Source: a virus
Lineage: Duplodnaviria > Caudoviricetes
Direction: 5' to 3' (one strand)
DNA: 64,000 bases
Virus record (IMG/VR): IMGVR_UViG_3300042997_000757
Coordinates: 30,927-94,926 of that record
Shown: positions 36,992 through 47,048 of the stretch, in pieces
How positions within the stretch are numbered: position 1 is the first letter of the stretch
Layout of the letters: each line of letters starts with the position of its first letter
Translations under genes and position numbers: made by a program
Notes under the pieces: generated by a model
What the model was told of the DNA's origin: nothing
What the model saw: the letters and a program-made list of their open reading frames with translations, nothing else
Database searches by the model: none

Positions 36992-37957
36992 TTAAGAAAA
37001 CCCGCCACAGAACACGGCAAAGCACTGTGCTTGTGTCCACACCATTGCATTGGTTAATGAACATTTATAAACAGTATAACTAAGATCATATTGGCAGGTG
37101 CCACCAAGGGTACATGGCGCTGAGTTTGCATCACCAAACCACCAATATCCAAAAAATTCTTTTGCAACAATTGATCGAACATCCCCAGTTAAATCGTTTT
37201 TGGTAATACCCCCAGCAAAGGTATAGCCACTTCCATAACTACTTGCGTTTTGAAGAACCCAGTTTGATGTGGGGGCCATACCAGTTTCAGCACATGTTGA
37301 GAAACCCACCGTATCAAAACTTGGAAATGATGCTGGGTCGTAGTAAGTATTGGAACATCCCGGTTTTCCATATTGAGCACGAGAAACAGTTCTATATCTC
37401 GTGCCACAAATACCACAACCTTGAGGTGTTTCAGATAGGTATTCAGTACCAATATTTACAAATCCTGCCCCACCTTGCGAGCAGTTCCGGTTGGTAGTTA
37501 TGAAGCCACTGGGGGTACTTTGTCCACCGTCATTTGTCCCAATGATTTCGTAGTAATAATTAGTAACTTCTGTAAGTCCAGAAATAACTAAAGAATAATT
37601 TTGAGCACCATATTGTGTAAGGACAGTTCCGGTTGTAGATGTAAACGCATCCTTACTATCGGCGGGTCTTGCACGAACTGTAAGTGTTGTTGGTAAGTTC
37701 AAACCATCAATAGTGCCAGTAAAAGTTAATTGAGTAAGATTGAGACCGTCGTTAGCACTGGTAACACTAGAAGAAACAATGATAGGTCGACCATTCCAGA
37801 TCTCAAGCCAACCAGTGTTTTCAGCGTCACGCATAAAAACTTTTTTAGCAGTTTGTGGAGAGCCACCGTTAGTTAAATAACCTCTAACTGAATACCAGTT
37901 ATTAAAAGTACTACTAGTTGTATATGCCTTGGGGCTATACGAAGAGACGGCTGGCAC
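36992..37957 (-). CDS. Putative fibre/receptor-binding protein with FN3-like and Cys-rich domains
   Basis: ISGLT..TNYYY.I.GTN.GG; 10 Cys in the C-terminal half. Confidence 0.6.
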   Translation of the reverse strand: MPAVSSYSPKAYTTSSTFNNWYSVRGYLTNGGSPQTAKKVFMRDAENTGWLEIWNGRPIIVSSSVTSANDGLNLTQLTFTGTIDGLNLPTTLTVRARPADSKDAFTSTTGTVLTQYGAQNYSLVISGLTEVTNYYYEIIGTNDGGQSTPSGFITTNRNCSQGGAGFVNIGTEYLSETPQGCGICGTRYRTVSRAQYGKPGCSNTYYDPASFPSFDTVGFSTCAETGMAPTSNWVLQNASSYGSGYTFAGGITKNDLTGDVRSIVAKEFFGYWWFGDANSAPCTLGGTCQYDLSYTVYKCSLTNAMVWTQAQCFAVFCGGFS

Positions 37958-37960
37958 AGA

Positions 37961-38887
37961 TCACACCTGAATCCAAAGATCATTTGCCTTAGGAGATGAA
38001 GGAGCAGTGCCAACGTAGATACTTGGAAGAGTTGTTGTAAGCGCTAAAGACATTGCAGCGTCACCTTTAACTGACACTGTGCCAGTAGCAGCACCACTTA
38101 CTGTTAATGTGCGGGCTGTAGTCCAAGCAGCGGCTGTTGTGGCTGTGTCGGCATTACCTGTAAGGGCACCAGTAACGTTGGCAGTTACCATTCCAGCGGC
38201 AAAGTTTCCACTACCGTCACGTAGGACAAGGTTGCTAGTGCCTGTAGTACCCATTGCTACATACTTAGCCAAGTTTTCCCATGTACCAGAATTATTAAAG
38301 TAAAGAGTCGCTTGTCCTGTAGCAGGAGAAGAACCAGTACGAATGTACAGGTCGCCATGTGAACCACCGCTCGGTACAGCAGTTCCAGACTTAGTTACAG
38401 CGGAAGGGGAGAAGGTGCGCTTGTCAACGTATGTGCGAGACAAAGTTGATGATTTAAGATCAGAACGAACCGTTACTGCGTACAGTACAACAAATGAGCC
38501 TGACGCTGACGTTGGTGGGAACACAGGGAAAGTTGGGTTGGTTGTGCTTGCAGTAGCAGTGCCATCCACAATGTAGAAAGACCATGTACCGCTGTTGTAT
38601 CGTGCGCATACAAGATCAAAACGGGTTCCACTGCTTGGTGCTGCTGGAATGGTTACAGTCGTTCCTGTAACAGTTCCGTAGACGCCATCAATATAAACTT
38701 CAGCACTACTAAGAGTCAGAGTTATGTACTCCGTGGCATGTGTAGCAGCAGCGGTGATTGCACCACCAGAAATAACAAAACTACGTCTGTCACCAAGTAA
38801 TTGAAAATCAAGAGCGTCTGGCTCTGCCTGCTCAAGAGTTGCAATATCTACACCATAGGCAATGGCGTTAGGAATGGTAAAAGGCAT
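37961..38887 (-). CDS. Minor structural/fibre protein
   Basis: Thr/Ser/Gly/Ala-rich; RFDLV, DKR, LVLRDGSGNFAAG, APSSP..NDLW. Confidence 0.65.
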   Translation of the reverse strand: MPFTIPNAIAYGVDIATLEQAEPDALDFQLLGDRRSFVISGGAITAAATHATEYITLTLSSAEVYIDGVYGTVTGTTVTIPAAPSSGTRFDLVCARYNSGTWSFYIVDGTATASTTNPTFPVFPPTSASGSFVVLYAVTVRSDLKSSTLSRTYVDKRTFSPSAVTKSGTAVPSGGSHGDLYIRTGSSPATGQATLYFNNSGTWENLAKYVAMGTTGTSNLVLRDGSGNFAAGMVTANVTGALTGNADTATTAAAWTTARTLTVSGAATGTVSVKGDAAMSLALTTTLPSIYVGTAPSSPKANDLWIQV

Positions 38888-39150
38888 CAGTCACCTTCTT
38901 CTGGGGTAACTTCAGACTCCTCAACGAGAGGTACTTCTATTACTTCAGACTCGTTTGGTGTTACGGCAGTTACTTTGCCACGAGTAGCAAGATAGGAATA
39001 CAGAGAATCAGGGATTACAGCGGTGTCACCACTAGAGAGGGAGTAGTGAGCATCTTCCCATATAATATTAATTTCCTCATGTGCGACAGTATTAACCCCG
39101 TCTGCAATAGAGGAGGTAGAATCCTCAGCGGATTTCTTTTTAGCCGACAT
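38887..39150 (-). CDS. Acidic hypothetical protein
   Basis: AGGAG SD; 87 aa. Confidence 0.65.
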   Translation of the reverse strand: MSAKKKSAEDSTSSIADGVNTVAHEEINIIWEDAHYSLSSGDTAVIPDSLYSYLATRGKVTAVTPNESEVIEVPLVEESEVTPEEGD

Positions 39151-39160
39151 GGCGCTCCTA

Positions 39161-39436
39161 TTAAATAGTGTCGTAAATGTTTTGGTGAGCCTTTAAATAA
39201 TCATAAAGGTCACTAGGGATGGTATAAGTTTTACCATCTTCAAAATTGTATGTTTCACGACTCCAGTACATTGTCCATGTACCTTTAACTCGTGCTTTAC
39301 GTTGTGCGGGGGCACCGGGGGCAACAACAACGGGTTCATCAACCTCGGTGGTGTCGGTAACTTCTTCAACAGATGTCTCAGGCTCTTCAAAGATACTTGA
39401 GATTGTTGTCAGGTTTTGTGGTTTTTTAGAAGCCAT
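39161..39436 (-). CDS. Hypothetical protein downstream of the capsid gene
   Basis: AAGGA SD; 91 aa. Confidence 0.7.
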   Translation of the reverse strand: MASKKPQNLTTISSIFEEPETSVEEVTDTTEVDEPVVVAPGAPAQRKARVKGTWTMYWSRETYNFEDGKTYTIPSDLYDYLKAHQNIYDTI

Positions 39437-39470
39437 AATTTTCCTTTAGTAGGGATTAAGTAACACCAGC

Positions 39471-39512
39471 GGTGTGTGGGGTACTTGGTTTGCACCGTTC
39501 CCCCACACTACC
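39471..39512 (-). terminator. Stem-loop after the major capsid gene (no U-tract)
   Basis: Minus strand GGTAGTGTGGGGGAACGGT-GCAA-ACCAAGTACCCCACACACC, bulged stem with a GNRA loop. Confidence 0.55.
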
Positions 39513-39525
39513 ACTTTGTGGACTA

Positions 39526-40611
39526 TCAGGAGATAGCGCCACCGAGGGTGTTGATGATTACACGGGACTCGTGGGTGATAACACCGAAGCCCCAGATTGC
39601 GTACCATGACAAGCCGTGCTCACGACCGAAGTCGATTACACCACCGTCACGGAGTTCAACTGGAAGAGCAATTGCTTGTCCAAATGCGTTGTCACCAATC
39701 ATGATTGCTGAGAACGAGTTTGAACCAACTGCATCTACTGTGCTTGTTGCTGGGTTTGAGTCAACTTGACCAAGACCAGACTTAACCTGTGTGGTTTCAA
39801 TGAACACTACGTCGTACAAACGACCGATTTCACCGAGCATGAAGTTGCCGGGAGCGGCGTACTTCGTGACTTCAATGAATTCAGGCCAGTCACGAAGCGC
39901 ACGGCTCTGTGATGGGTGTACGAAACATACGTAGGTGTCACCAAGACGTGGGATGTTCTGGTTAGCCAAGATTTCAACTGCGTCCTTAACGGTTGCAGGA
40001 GACATGTATCCGGGAGCACCTGAGTTACCAGCGGCTGCATACTCGTAAGGAGCAAGCGAACCACGGGTGGACTTTGCGGTACGTCCGAAGACAACGCTTG
40101 GAGCAACGGCACCACCACCGGCGAAAGGAACGCCGGGCTTGTATAGGGTGTTACGTGCTTGAATGTCCATGGACTGAGCCATGTGACGACCAAGAAGTCG
40201 GCTTGATGATGCCATAACATCATCGAACGATGCGTTAAGGAGCAATTCGGTAACGGCGATAGCCTTACCTTGTTCTTTAACTGTGATTTGGATCTGACTT
40301 GCTGACAGAGCAGATGGGTTCATACGAACACCTTCAACCAATTCTGCACCAGTAGACTCGTCTACACCAAGGTTGGTGTAGCGCAAGAAGTTAATGGTGA
40401 GACCCGGCATAACACCAAGTTCTGTCTTCTTAACAGCGAACTGCTCGAAGCGAAGAATTGGCATTGCTTGGAACAAAATTTCTTTTGACCAAATTTGCTG
40501 GATTGCTGGACTGAGGGCGGAACCGCCTGATGTCGAGCCATCACCGTAGCCGGTGGTGGCAATTGCTCCGGCGGTGGTTACTGCACCGCCAATAGGACCG
40601 GGAAGGGCCAT
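39526..40611 (-). CDS. Major capsid protein (N4-gp56-like)
   Basis: GGAGG SD; EL.EG..P, V.EQG, YVCFVHP, GEIGRLYDVVFIETT; follows the scaffold. Confidence 0.92.
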   Translation of the reverse strand: MALPGPIGGAVTTAGAIATTGYGDGSTSGGSALSPAIQQIWSKEILFQAMPILRFEQFAVKKTELGVMPGLTINFLRYTNLGVDESTGAELVEGVRMNPSALSASQIQITVKEQGKAIAVTELLLNASFDDVMASSSRLLGRHMAQSMDIQARNTLYKPGVPFAGGGAVAPSVVFGRTAKSTRGSLAPYEYAAAGNSGAPGYMSPATVKDAVEILANQNIPRLGDTYVCFVHPSQSRALRDWPEFIEVTKYAAPGNFMLGEIGRLYDVVFIETTQVKSGLGQVDSNPATSTVDAVGSNSFSAIMIGDNAFGQAIALPVELRDGGVIDFGREHGLSWYAIWGFGVITHESRVIINTLGGAIS

Positions 40612-40647
40612 AGTATTTATCCTCCGTGGATAAGGGTTGTTATGTGG

Positions 40648-41454
40648 TTAGAAACGGCCTCGTGAAGACCGTGCATTTAGGAGCCTGTCCCTCATCTTTG
40701 TGTACTGTTCCATCGGCATATTGCGGATATCTTCCGCAGTCAAAGTCTGGTATTCCGTTTGAGTTTCCATTGGCCCAATAGGAGGCGACGTTACCGGCGC
40801 TCCCCGCAAACGACCTTGCTGTTGCGCAGTCGCTTGCTGGATTGATTCAATAATAGCAGATGACCGTTCACGAAGAATTGCAATTGATTGTTCAATCTCT
40901 TCTTCTGAGTTTCCTGACACTAAATCAATCAACTCTGGGATGATGGCTTCTTGCTCTTGCTGAAGTCGGTTATTGCGATAATGCCCAATTTCTTGGAGTC
41001 GGCGCTCTTTTTCAAGGAGTGCCTCTTGGGCTTGACGCTGAGATTCAATTGTCTCAAGGCGGGCTTGCCACTCTTGCTCAACTGTGTTGAGACGCTGGTT
41101 GAATTCATCTTCTCGCTTAAGAAGTAGTTCTTTTGCGCTAAGTTCTTCAATTTCACGTTGACGAAGTATTTCTGCTTCTTTCATGGAATGTTGTTCTGCT
41201 TCTTTACGAGCGGCTTCTCGTTCGGCAGAAATAATAGCCATTTGTTCTTCCATGCTTTTAACACGGTTATCGGCTTCTTCAAGACGCTTGTACATCTTGT
41301 CTTTTTCCTGTTTGCGGATATTTTCCACTTCATCTTCGGAAAAGATTTTGCCGTTCTTTGTATTATTCATTGCATTCTCTACAAATTGCTCCACCATAGG
41401 AGAGTCTGTAGGTACTGAAATAATGTCTCCTTCGGAGACGGGGTTTCTTGCCAT
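40648..41454 (-). CDS. Capsid scaffolding protein
   Basis: Long Glu/Gln/Arg coiled coil between portal and capsid; C-terminal DIRNM.MEQY...R. Confidence 0.8.
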   Translation of the reverse strand: MARNPVSEGDIISVPTDSPMVEQFVENAMNNTKNGKIFSEDEVENIRKQEKDKMYKRLEEADNRVKSMEEQMAIISAEREAARKEAEQHSMKEAEILRQREIEELSAKELLLKREDEFNQRLNTVEQEWQARLETIESQRQAQEALLEKERRLQEIGHYRNNRLQQEQEAIIPELIDLVSGNSEEEIEQSIAILRERSSAIIESIQQATAQQQGRLRGAPVTSPPIGPMETQTEYQTLTAEDIRNMPMEQYTKMRDRLLNARSSRGRF

Positions 41455-41505
41455 GGTTCTTTACCTCATTTGTTTGGCGTGTGTGAACTGAATTAATAGG
41501 TTGTC

Positions 41506-43197
41506 TTATTCTTCATCTGGCACACGACGCTGGGCGAACCTTGCTCCGTATGCTTTGCTTACCAATTTATTTGCCAACTCGCCTTCGATTGGGTTAACTT
41601 CCCCAACACCCGGCATTGGTCCTGCTTCCGCAGAACCTCCTGTTGAAGATACATTAGCACCTCCAGCAGAAGCCATTTCGGGACCACCGGGTCCCGGGAT
41701 CATGCCTGTAACCATCATTACGGCTTGACTAATTTGCGCACGAAGCATGTCAAGAGCGCCTTGATCTAGGGCGTCGTCTTGCAGTTCGTCAAAGATCTCT
41801 GCCATCTTTTCGTTGGCAAACTCTTCACCAAGGATGCGCAGAGCGCCTTTCTTGGATTCAAGACCAAGAGCCATCTTGGCTTGTACTTCATTGAGTTTAA
41901 TAAGTTGATCAACTGGTAGAGGTTCAGGCCAGTGAACCGTTGTTTTGTATGTGGTTGGGTCAAACGGGTCAAGTTGTGGCAGTTGTCCCGGTTCTAGTTC
42001 AGCCGCTTTACTTGGGTCGTACTGAAGCATTTGTGGTTCAAACACTGCTGCTGTACGAATGATAATTTCATTTACTTTTTCAAGACCTTTAGTAAAGTGA
42101 ACTTTTTTCATCATGAAACGGTTCATCATTGGCTGGTATTGAATAGCCAGAGCCACACCAGATGTGTTGGATACTGGCTGAAATTGTCCAAGCGCTGTTT
42201 CAGGAACGCCTGTGATTTCATGCATCGTTCGTTTAAGGAACGTGATGTACTCCAAGGCTCCTGACATTTCGCCACGGGATTCAAGGTTGAATACGCTGGC
42301 GTCTTTAGGAAGACCTGCCCAAACTTTCTTAGGTCCACGCTCCAATTGAGAAGCCTTAGCACCAGTAATGATTGTTACTGGAGCGGCGTGGTAGTTGATG
42401 ATGTCAGAGACTTCAACCATCTTCTCATTGAGTTCACGGTTAAGTGGGATGATGTCCCAGATATCTGACTGACCCCAAGGAGATGAAGAAATAGAAGTGT
42501 TCTGAATATGGACAATTGGAATGATTCCAAGAGCGTTGTCATACTGGTCAATTAATTCATCATTGATAAATTGTTGAACCATGTCATCAGAAAGAATTTC
42601 CGTAAAAGTGTAAACCTGACGGGTACCTTCTGGAGAGGTTCCCCAGAAACGGTATTTAAGTTTAAAGCGAAGCAAACGGTCACGGTCGTGGGGGTGGTAC
42701 TCAGGAAAACAATGTGCGGGGTTCAGTGGGATAACACGAATGCGACCTTCATGTGGCACACCAACGCTGTCAACATATGGTTCTTCATATGCAACTTTGA
42801 CAAAGCAGTCACCAGTTACAGAAGCAAGTTGTCCCATTTCCCAAAGAACGTAGTGCTTTGAGTTGTGGATATCCCACACTTGATGCAAGAGGTGAGGGGT
42901 AATTGCAGAGTTTTGTTCTGGCACACGGAACTGTACGCCTTTACCAAAACAAAAGTTAGTGATGTAGTCCGACATAGTGCGGACATAGTTCATGTAGAAC
43001 TGAGACTCACCTTGTTCACGACGGTATGACCAGTGATGACCTAGATACCATGCCCATGCTGCTGAGTATCTATTTAATCGAGGACCATGTACTTCAAACT
43101 CTTCGTCTGCAAGTTCAACAAGTCCAAGAGGGGATATAGCAACAGTGAGGTCACTTGATGACGCTCTATATGATGGCGACCAAAAGTCCATTGCCAT
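41506..43197 (-). CDS. Portal protein
   Basis: 563 aa; W..Y.G, TGD.FVKV, G.IPIVH..N, WG.SD, SGVAL. Confidence 0.9.
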   Translation of the reverse strand: MAMDFWSPSYRASSSDLTVAISPLGLVELADEEFEVHGPRLNRYSAAWAWYLGHHWSYRREQGESQFYMNYVRTMSDYITNFCFGKGVQFRVPEQNSAITPHLLHQVWDIHNSKHYVLWEMGQLASVTGDCFVKVAYEEPYVDSVGVPHEGRIRVIPLNPAHCFPEYHPHDRDRLLRFKLKYRFWGTSPEGTRQVYTFTEILSDDMVQQFINDELIDQYDNALGIIPIVHIQNTSISSSPWGQSDIWDIIPLNRELNEKMVEVSDIINYHAAPVTIITGAKASQLERGPKKVWAGLPKDASVFNLESRGEMSGALEYITFLKRTMHEITGVPETALGQFQPVSNTSGVALAIQYQPMMNRFMMKKVHFTKGLEKVNEIIIRTAAVFEPQMLQYDPSKAAELEPGQLPQLDPFDPTTYKTTVHWPEPLPVDQLIKLNEVQAKMALGLESKKGALRILGEEFANEKMAEIFDELQDDALDQGALDMLRAQISQAVMMVTGMIPGPGGPEMASAGGANVSSTGGSAEAGPMPGVGEVNPIEGELANKLVSKAYGARFAQRRVPDEE

Positions 43198-43255
43198 TTG
43201 TCATCACCTCCAATCGGTTAGGTGTAGTTTACACAAAATAATTTACTACGAGACG

Positions 43256-43561
43256 TTATTTAGAAGTCTGTGTAGGCGCTTTCTTAGCAGCGGCTTTTTT
43301 AGCAGGGGCTTTCTTTTTTTCAACCTCTGCTGTTACTTCTTCAACTATCGTAGGCAGTTCTTTAGAAGCCTTTGCAAGAAAGGATGCTTGAGAAGGGTCA
43401 CCAACTTTGGTACTTGCCCAAGCAAGACCAGTGATGAGGATAGGCATAATTGCAGCCTGAGCACCGGGATCGATGTTGAACTTTGCAAGGAAGAAGGCAA
43501 CTGCGCCTACGGCAGCACCCTTAATTGTTTGGTCGGTTACTTGAGAATCTTTAATAGCCAT
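43256..43561 (-). CDS. Small membrane protein with a Lys/Ala tail (holin-like)
   Basis: Two hydrophobic segments; TATCAT 6 nt upstream of the ATG. Confidence 0.6.
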   Translation of the reverse strand: MAIKDSQVTDQTIKGAAVGAVAFFLAKFNIDPGAQAAIMPILITGLAWASTKVGDPSQASFLAKASKELPTIVEEVTAEVEKKKAPAKKAAAKKAPTQTSK

Positions 43562-43573
43562 ACCACAATGATA

Positions 43574-44191
43574 CTATTTTTTAGATTCCCGCTCTTGGAC
43601 AAATGACTGAAAGGGTGATCCTGTGTAAGGATCAAACTTACTTGCCACGGTCAGAGCCTTATTAGCAACACTTTTAGCCTGTTGAACGGTGGGGTTTTTA
43701 GCGCTCATCAAGGCTTGCATAGCCCCCAAGGCATATGAAGACCCAGTGCCAATAGCGTAAATACCTGATGTATCTGAGGTCCACGAGTAGTCACCATCAA
43801 TGATGTAAATGGTTCCATGAACAACAACCACGATGGTAGAACCTTGTTCGGCAATATGGGCTGAAGAATCACGTTCTGGCATGGCGTAGCCTTGCTCCTC
43901 AAACGACGATCTCAATATTGGAACAAATTGCCTTGTAATAAATTGATCCAGTTTTTTACCAAGGGCATTAAGCGGTGGCTTTGGTGGAGTAAAAGCGTGG
44001 TGAAGGATATTTATCGCTCTGATGTCCCCAGCCGCCCCTAGTAGGTAATCACCATTGGTAGCAATCTTTGCTGTGCCAGATCCAAGGGTAGTAATTTGAA
44101 ACGCCATCCCAGACTCGTCAAAAGACGAAACTCTAGAATCTGTGCAAATTACAGCATAGGTATCTCCTTGGATACCAACAATGGTGGTCAT
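43574..44191 (-). CDS. HslV/proteasome beta-subunit-like Ntn peptidase
   Basis: Start revised to 44191: MTTIVGIQG...DSR, KI, AG, AIGTGSSYALGA, A..FDPYTG. Confidence 0.88.
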   Translation of the reverse strand: MTTIVGIQGDTYAVICTDSRVSSFDESGMAFQITTLGSGTAKIATNGDYLLGAAGDIRAINILHHAFTPPKPPLNALGKKLDQFITRQFVPILRSSFEEQGYAMPERDSSAHIAEQGSTIVVVVHGTIYIIDGDYSWTSDTSGIYAIGTGSSYALGAMQALMSAKNPTVQQAKSVANKALTVASKFDPYTGSPFQSFVQERESKK

Positions 44192-45339
44192 GGCGCTGTG
44201 TACTCCTTGTTGTGGTACATCGCCCAACCCTCACGGATGGGGATCATTTCAAGGTTAAATTCGGCATCACCGTCTTTGTAGGTGACTACACAGAGACCCT
44301 GTTGCCAGTTCTCGGTAATGGTCATCGGGCGACCATCAAGGTCAATTCCACCTTTAGTGGAAGGCACTACCCCGTCAACACGTGCAAGACAGCCCGCAGA
44401 GGCCGCTAGAATCGTCTTACGTCCGTCATAATCCTCACGAGTCACTTCCGCCCACTCACGTCGGTGGATGTGTCCATAGAGCACTGAGGTCTTTTCATTA
44501 GCCAAATACATATGTGCGGTAGAGCCATTGCTCTTCACACGGGTACCATGGATAACTTTTAACTTCTGATTAATCCAATAGTATCCAGCAGGGTAGCCGG
44601 GGACGTACTTGACATTGAAGTCGTCAAAGCGACAGAGGAAGGGCACCGAAAGAACAGGCCAGTTGTCAGGGGTGTCGCCCCTCTTCAAACCAAAAGAAGC
44701 CTTTGCGTTATCTAATGTGTAGTTAACGAGGCGCTCTTCATGGTTACCTGCCAGCCAAACAATCTCAGCATCAGGGGCAACTGCTCGAAGACGAGCCATC
44801 AAGATAGTTGCATAGTCAATTGCTTTTTGAGTAGTCAGTGCGTATGCAGGACTAAGGCGGTATTTACCAAACTCAGCAAAGTCAAGGTTGTCACCATGCA
44901 TGACTACTTTGGCTGGCTTTAAGTCTTTGACCATTGCAACACAGATATCAATTGCCGCTTCATCGTGGATGGCTTCTAATTCACCAGCCGCATTACGAAA
45001 ATAACCAATCTGCATGTCAGGAAGAACTACCGCTGTATTCCACTCTGTTTTCTTTGGTGTTTTAGTTACCGTACTTGTTGGTAACTTAACTGCTGGTCCT
45101 TGGTGAACTGGGTCCCACTCAGGACCTTCCGCCCACTTAGGAGAAAACTGGATAGCAGCAAGGTCGTGAATTTGTGCTTCACCCTCTTGGTCTTTAGTTA
45201 AAGACTGGTAGAGAGATACACGTTTTACAGAACCTATTTCGTTAACGTCAATGTTCTGACGATCAAGAATGTCTAATAGTTTTCCTAGTGCTTTTGCTTT
45301 ATTTTCTGGGGCCTTTAGATCATTCAGTAATTCGCTCAC
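44188..45339 (-). CDS. Calcineurin-like metallophosphoesterase
   Basis: PDMQ, GDNLD, GNHE, HG, GHIHR. Confidence 0.88.
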   Translation of the reverse strand: MSELLNDLKAPENKAKALGKLLDILDRQNIDVNEIGSVKRVSLYQSLTKDQEGEAQIHDLAAIQFSPKWAEGPEWDPVHQGPAVKLPTSTVTKTPKKTEWNTAVVLPDMQIGYFRNAAGELEAIHDEAAIDICVAMVKDLKPAKVVMHGDNLDFAEFGKYRLSPAYALTTQKAIDYATILMARLRAVAPDAEIVWLAGNHEERLVNYTLDNAKASFGLKRGDTPDNWPVLSVPFLCRFDDFNVKYVPGYPAGYYWINQKLKVIHGTRVKSNGSTAHMYLANEKTSVLYGHIHRREWAEVTREDYDGRKTILAASAGCLARVDGVVPSTKGGIDLDGRPMTITENWQQGLCVVTYKDGDAEFNLEMIPIREGWAMYHNKEYTAP

Positions 45340-45616
45340 AGGGGCAATCTCCATTTATGTGACGTTGAATAGTGCTCATACTTATTGAGTATCCGTTTTT
45401 GCGTAATGCGCCGGTGAGCCACGAAACACTGTAAGCCTTAGACCTACCTTGTCCATCGTCTTCCCGAATTAATTCAATTGCTCTATCAATTGCTTCTTTG
45501 TGTTCTGCGTCCATCTTTCCGACGATTACAGACAACTTACATTGACCAACTGAATGTTCAGTTCGGGGTGTTGTCAACGCTTCTAACAGAGAAGAGCGTT
45601 TCTTTTCTTGTGCCAT
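45320..45616 (-). CDS. Small HTH-like protein
   Basis: GAGG SD; LTGALRKNGYSISMSTIQRHINGDCPC. Confidence 0.65.
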   Translation of the reverse strand: MAQEKKRSSLLEALTTPRTEHSVGQCKLSVIVGKMDAEHKEAIDRAIELIREDDGQGRSKAYSVSWLTGALRKNGYSISMSTIQRHINGDCPCERITE

Positions 45617-45706
45617 TTGTACCTCTAACGTAACGACGTAGGCAATTAACTGAGGCATGAACCTCGTTACGTATCGTATCACGAACAAATGCGTGATGTA
45701 AAGGAA

Positions 45707-45916
45707 TTACTTCTTCAAATGCCAGTCAATATGTCCGTCAAGACGATCAGAGACTGAGTCAACACCATCTTGGACTTTGTTAAGTCTGCGGATAACTTCC
45801 CCATGATCAGAGGAGTTTGTTTTCTTCATTGATTTAAATTCTTTAATTGCAATTCCTGAAAGAGTTCCAAAGACGCCAATAATGGCAACAATGATAGAAG
45901 CGGTTGCTGGGTCCAC
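45707..45916 (-). CDS. Small single-TM protein with coiled coil
   Basis: N-terminal TM; V...LDGHIDWH. Confidence 0.65.
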   Translation of the reverse strand: MDPATASIIVAIIGVFGTLSGIAIKEFKSMKKTNSSDHGEVIRRLNKVQDGVDSVSDRLDGHIDWHLKK

Positions 45917-45918
45917 TA

Positions 45919-46593
45919 TTAATCGATAATTCCAAGTTTACGACGATGGTGAATCCATGATATTGCTTGGACTTCAGACGGAACTAAATCCTCTAAACCA
46001 GAAATACGGTTTAAATGTTGTGTTGCCGTAAAGTGTGCATTTGCAAAAGTTTGATAACGACCACCAGTAAGGCCACGGTTTTTACTACCCCATCTTTGTC
46101 CAATAGCAGCGTCATGTGCGTGTCTATCAATTGTTACAGCAGAAGGATCTCGGGGGTTAACAAGGTTTTTAAAGAAGTGTCCTGTTTTGATATCCATTGG
46201 AAGAATGGTACGAGGATCAGCACCTTCACGAATTCTTTGTGCTCTCCCTTTTTCCGCTCCAGTTATATAACCTTTAGTGTCTCCCGTACGCCCAATTTCT
46301 GTAGCCATACGAACATTTTCATTCCAACCTGTTCCCGGGCTGACGGCAGCAATGATGCCAGCGCCTTTTTCAAGATTACCTTCACCTATGTCGGTGGCAA
46401 TTACCTGACCTTTGGGATACCAAAGTTTCCCGTCTTCAAAATCTTTATCTGAGGCAGACAAAACATTTCCAACAATATTTTTAACCATTGATGAAAATTG
46501 ATTAGGGTGCAAAGTTTTATCTTGGATACCAATAAAATTGGCACCTTTTGGGGGGTGCACTCTTTTTGGTGTGTAATCAATACCACGTTCCAT
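45919..46593 (-). CDS. DNA glycosylase-like (HhH-GPD-related) protein
   Basis: WY, GIIAAVSP...W..N, K...F..NL, VTIDRH, Y, P..VQAISW. Confidence 0.55.
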   Translation of the reverse strand: MERGIDYTPKRVHPPKGANFIGIQDKTLHPNQFSSMVKNIVGNVLSASDKDFEDGKLWYPKGQVIATDIGEGNLEKGAGIIAAVSPGTGWNENVRMATEIGRTGDTKGYITGAEKGRAQRIREGADPRTILPMDIKTGHFFKNLVNPRDPSAVTIDRHAHDAAIGQRWGSKNRGLTGGRYQTFANAHFTATQHLNRISGLEDLVPSEVQAISWIHHRRKLGIID

Positions 46594-47042
46594 TAAAAGT
46601 CGCCACCGTCTTTATTTTCTTTGTTTACTTTGTTGTACGCAGAGGTACCACGTTGGCGTTGGCGTGAAGGATCGCTAGGGCGATTAGGGCGCTTAACACC
46701 TTGTGGCTTTTTATCCATGGTGTTGTTCTGTGGCTTAAACAAGTCAAGAGGGTCTTCATACATTTGTCCTGTACCAGCAAGGTGTCGTTCCATGTCATAG
46801 CCGCCTTTAGGACCAGCGGGTCGTGGAACGTATGGGTTGCGAAACTCAGTACCAAAGTCAGGGTGACGGTACATTTGTTGGCTTCGGAACTCTTGTCTAC
46901 GACTACGTAACATCGGAGCAAAACTATAACTTAATGCTGCCCCTGCATACACCGGAGCAACGGGGATACCTGACGAGACAGTGTCTGTCAGTTCCCCGTT
47001 ACCACTAGGTACTGGAGCGCTGGCTTCGCCTGCGCCTTCCAT
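46593..47042 (-). CDS. Hypothetical protein
   Basis: 149 aa hydrophilic ORF. Confidence 0.7.
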   Translation of the reverse strand: MEGAGEASAPVPSGNGELTDTVSSGIPVAPVYAGAALSYSFAPMLRSRRQEFRSQQMYRHPDFGTEFRNPYVPRPAGPKGGYDMERHLAGTGQMYEDPLDLFKPQNNTMDKKPQGVKRPNRPSDPSRQRQRGTSAYNKVNKENKDGGDF

Positions 47043-47048
47043 GGCGGA

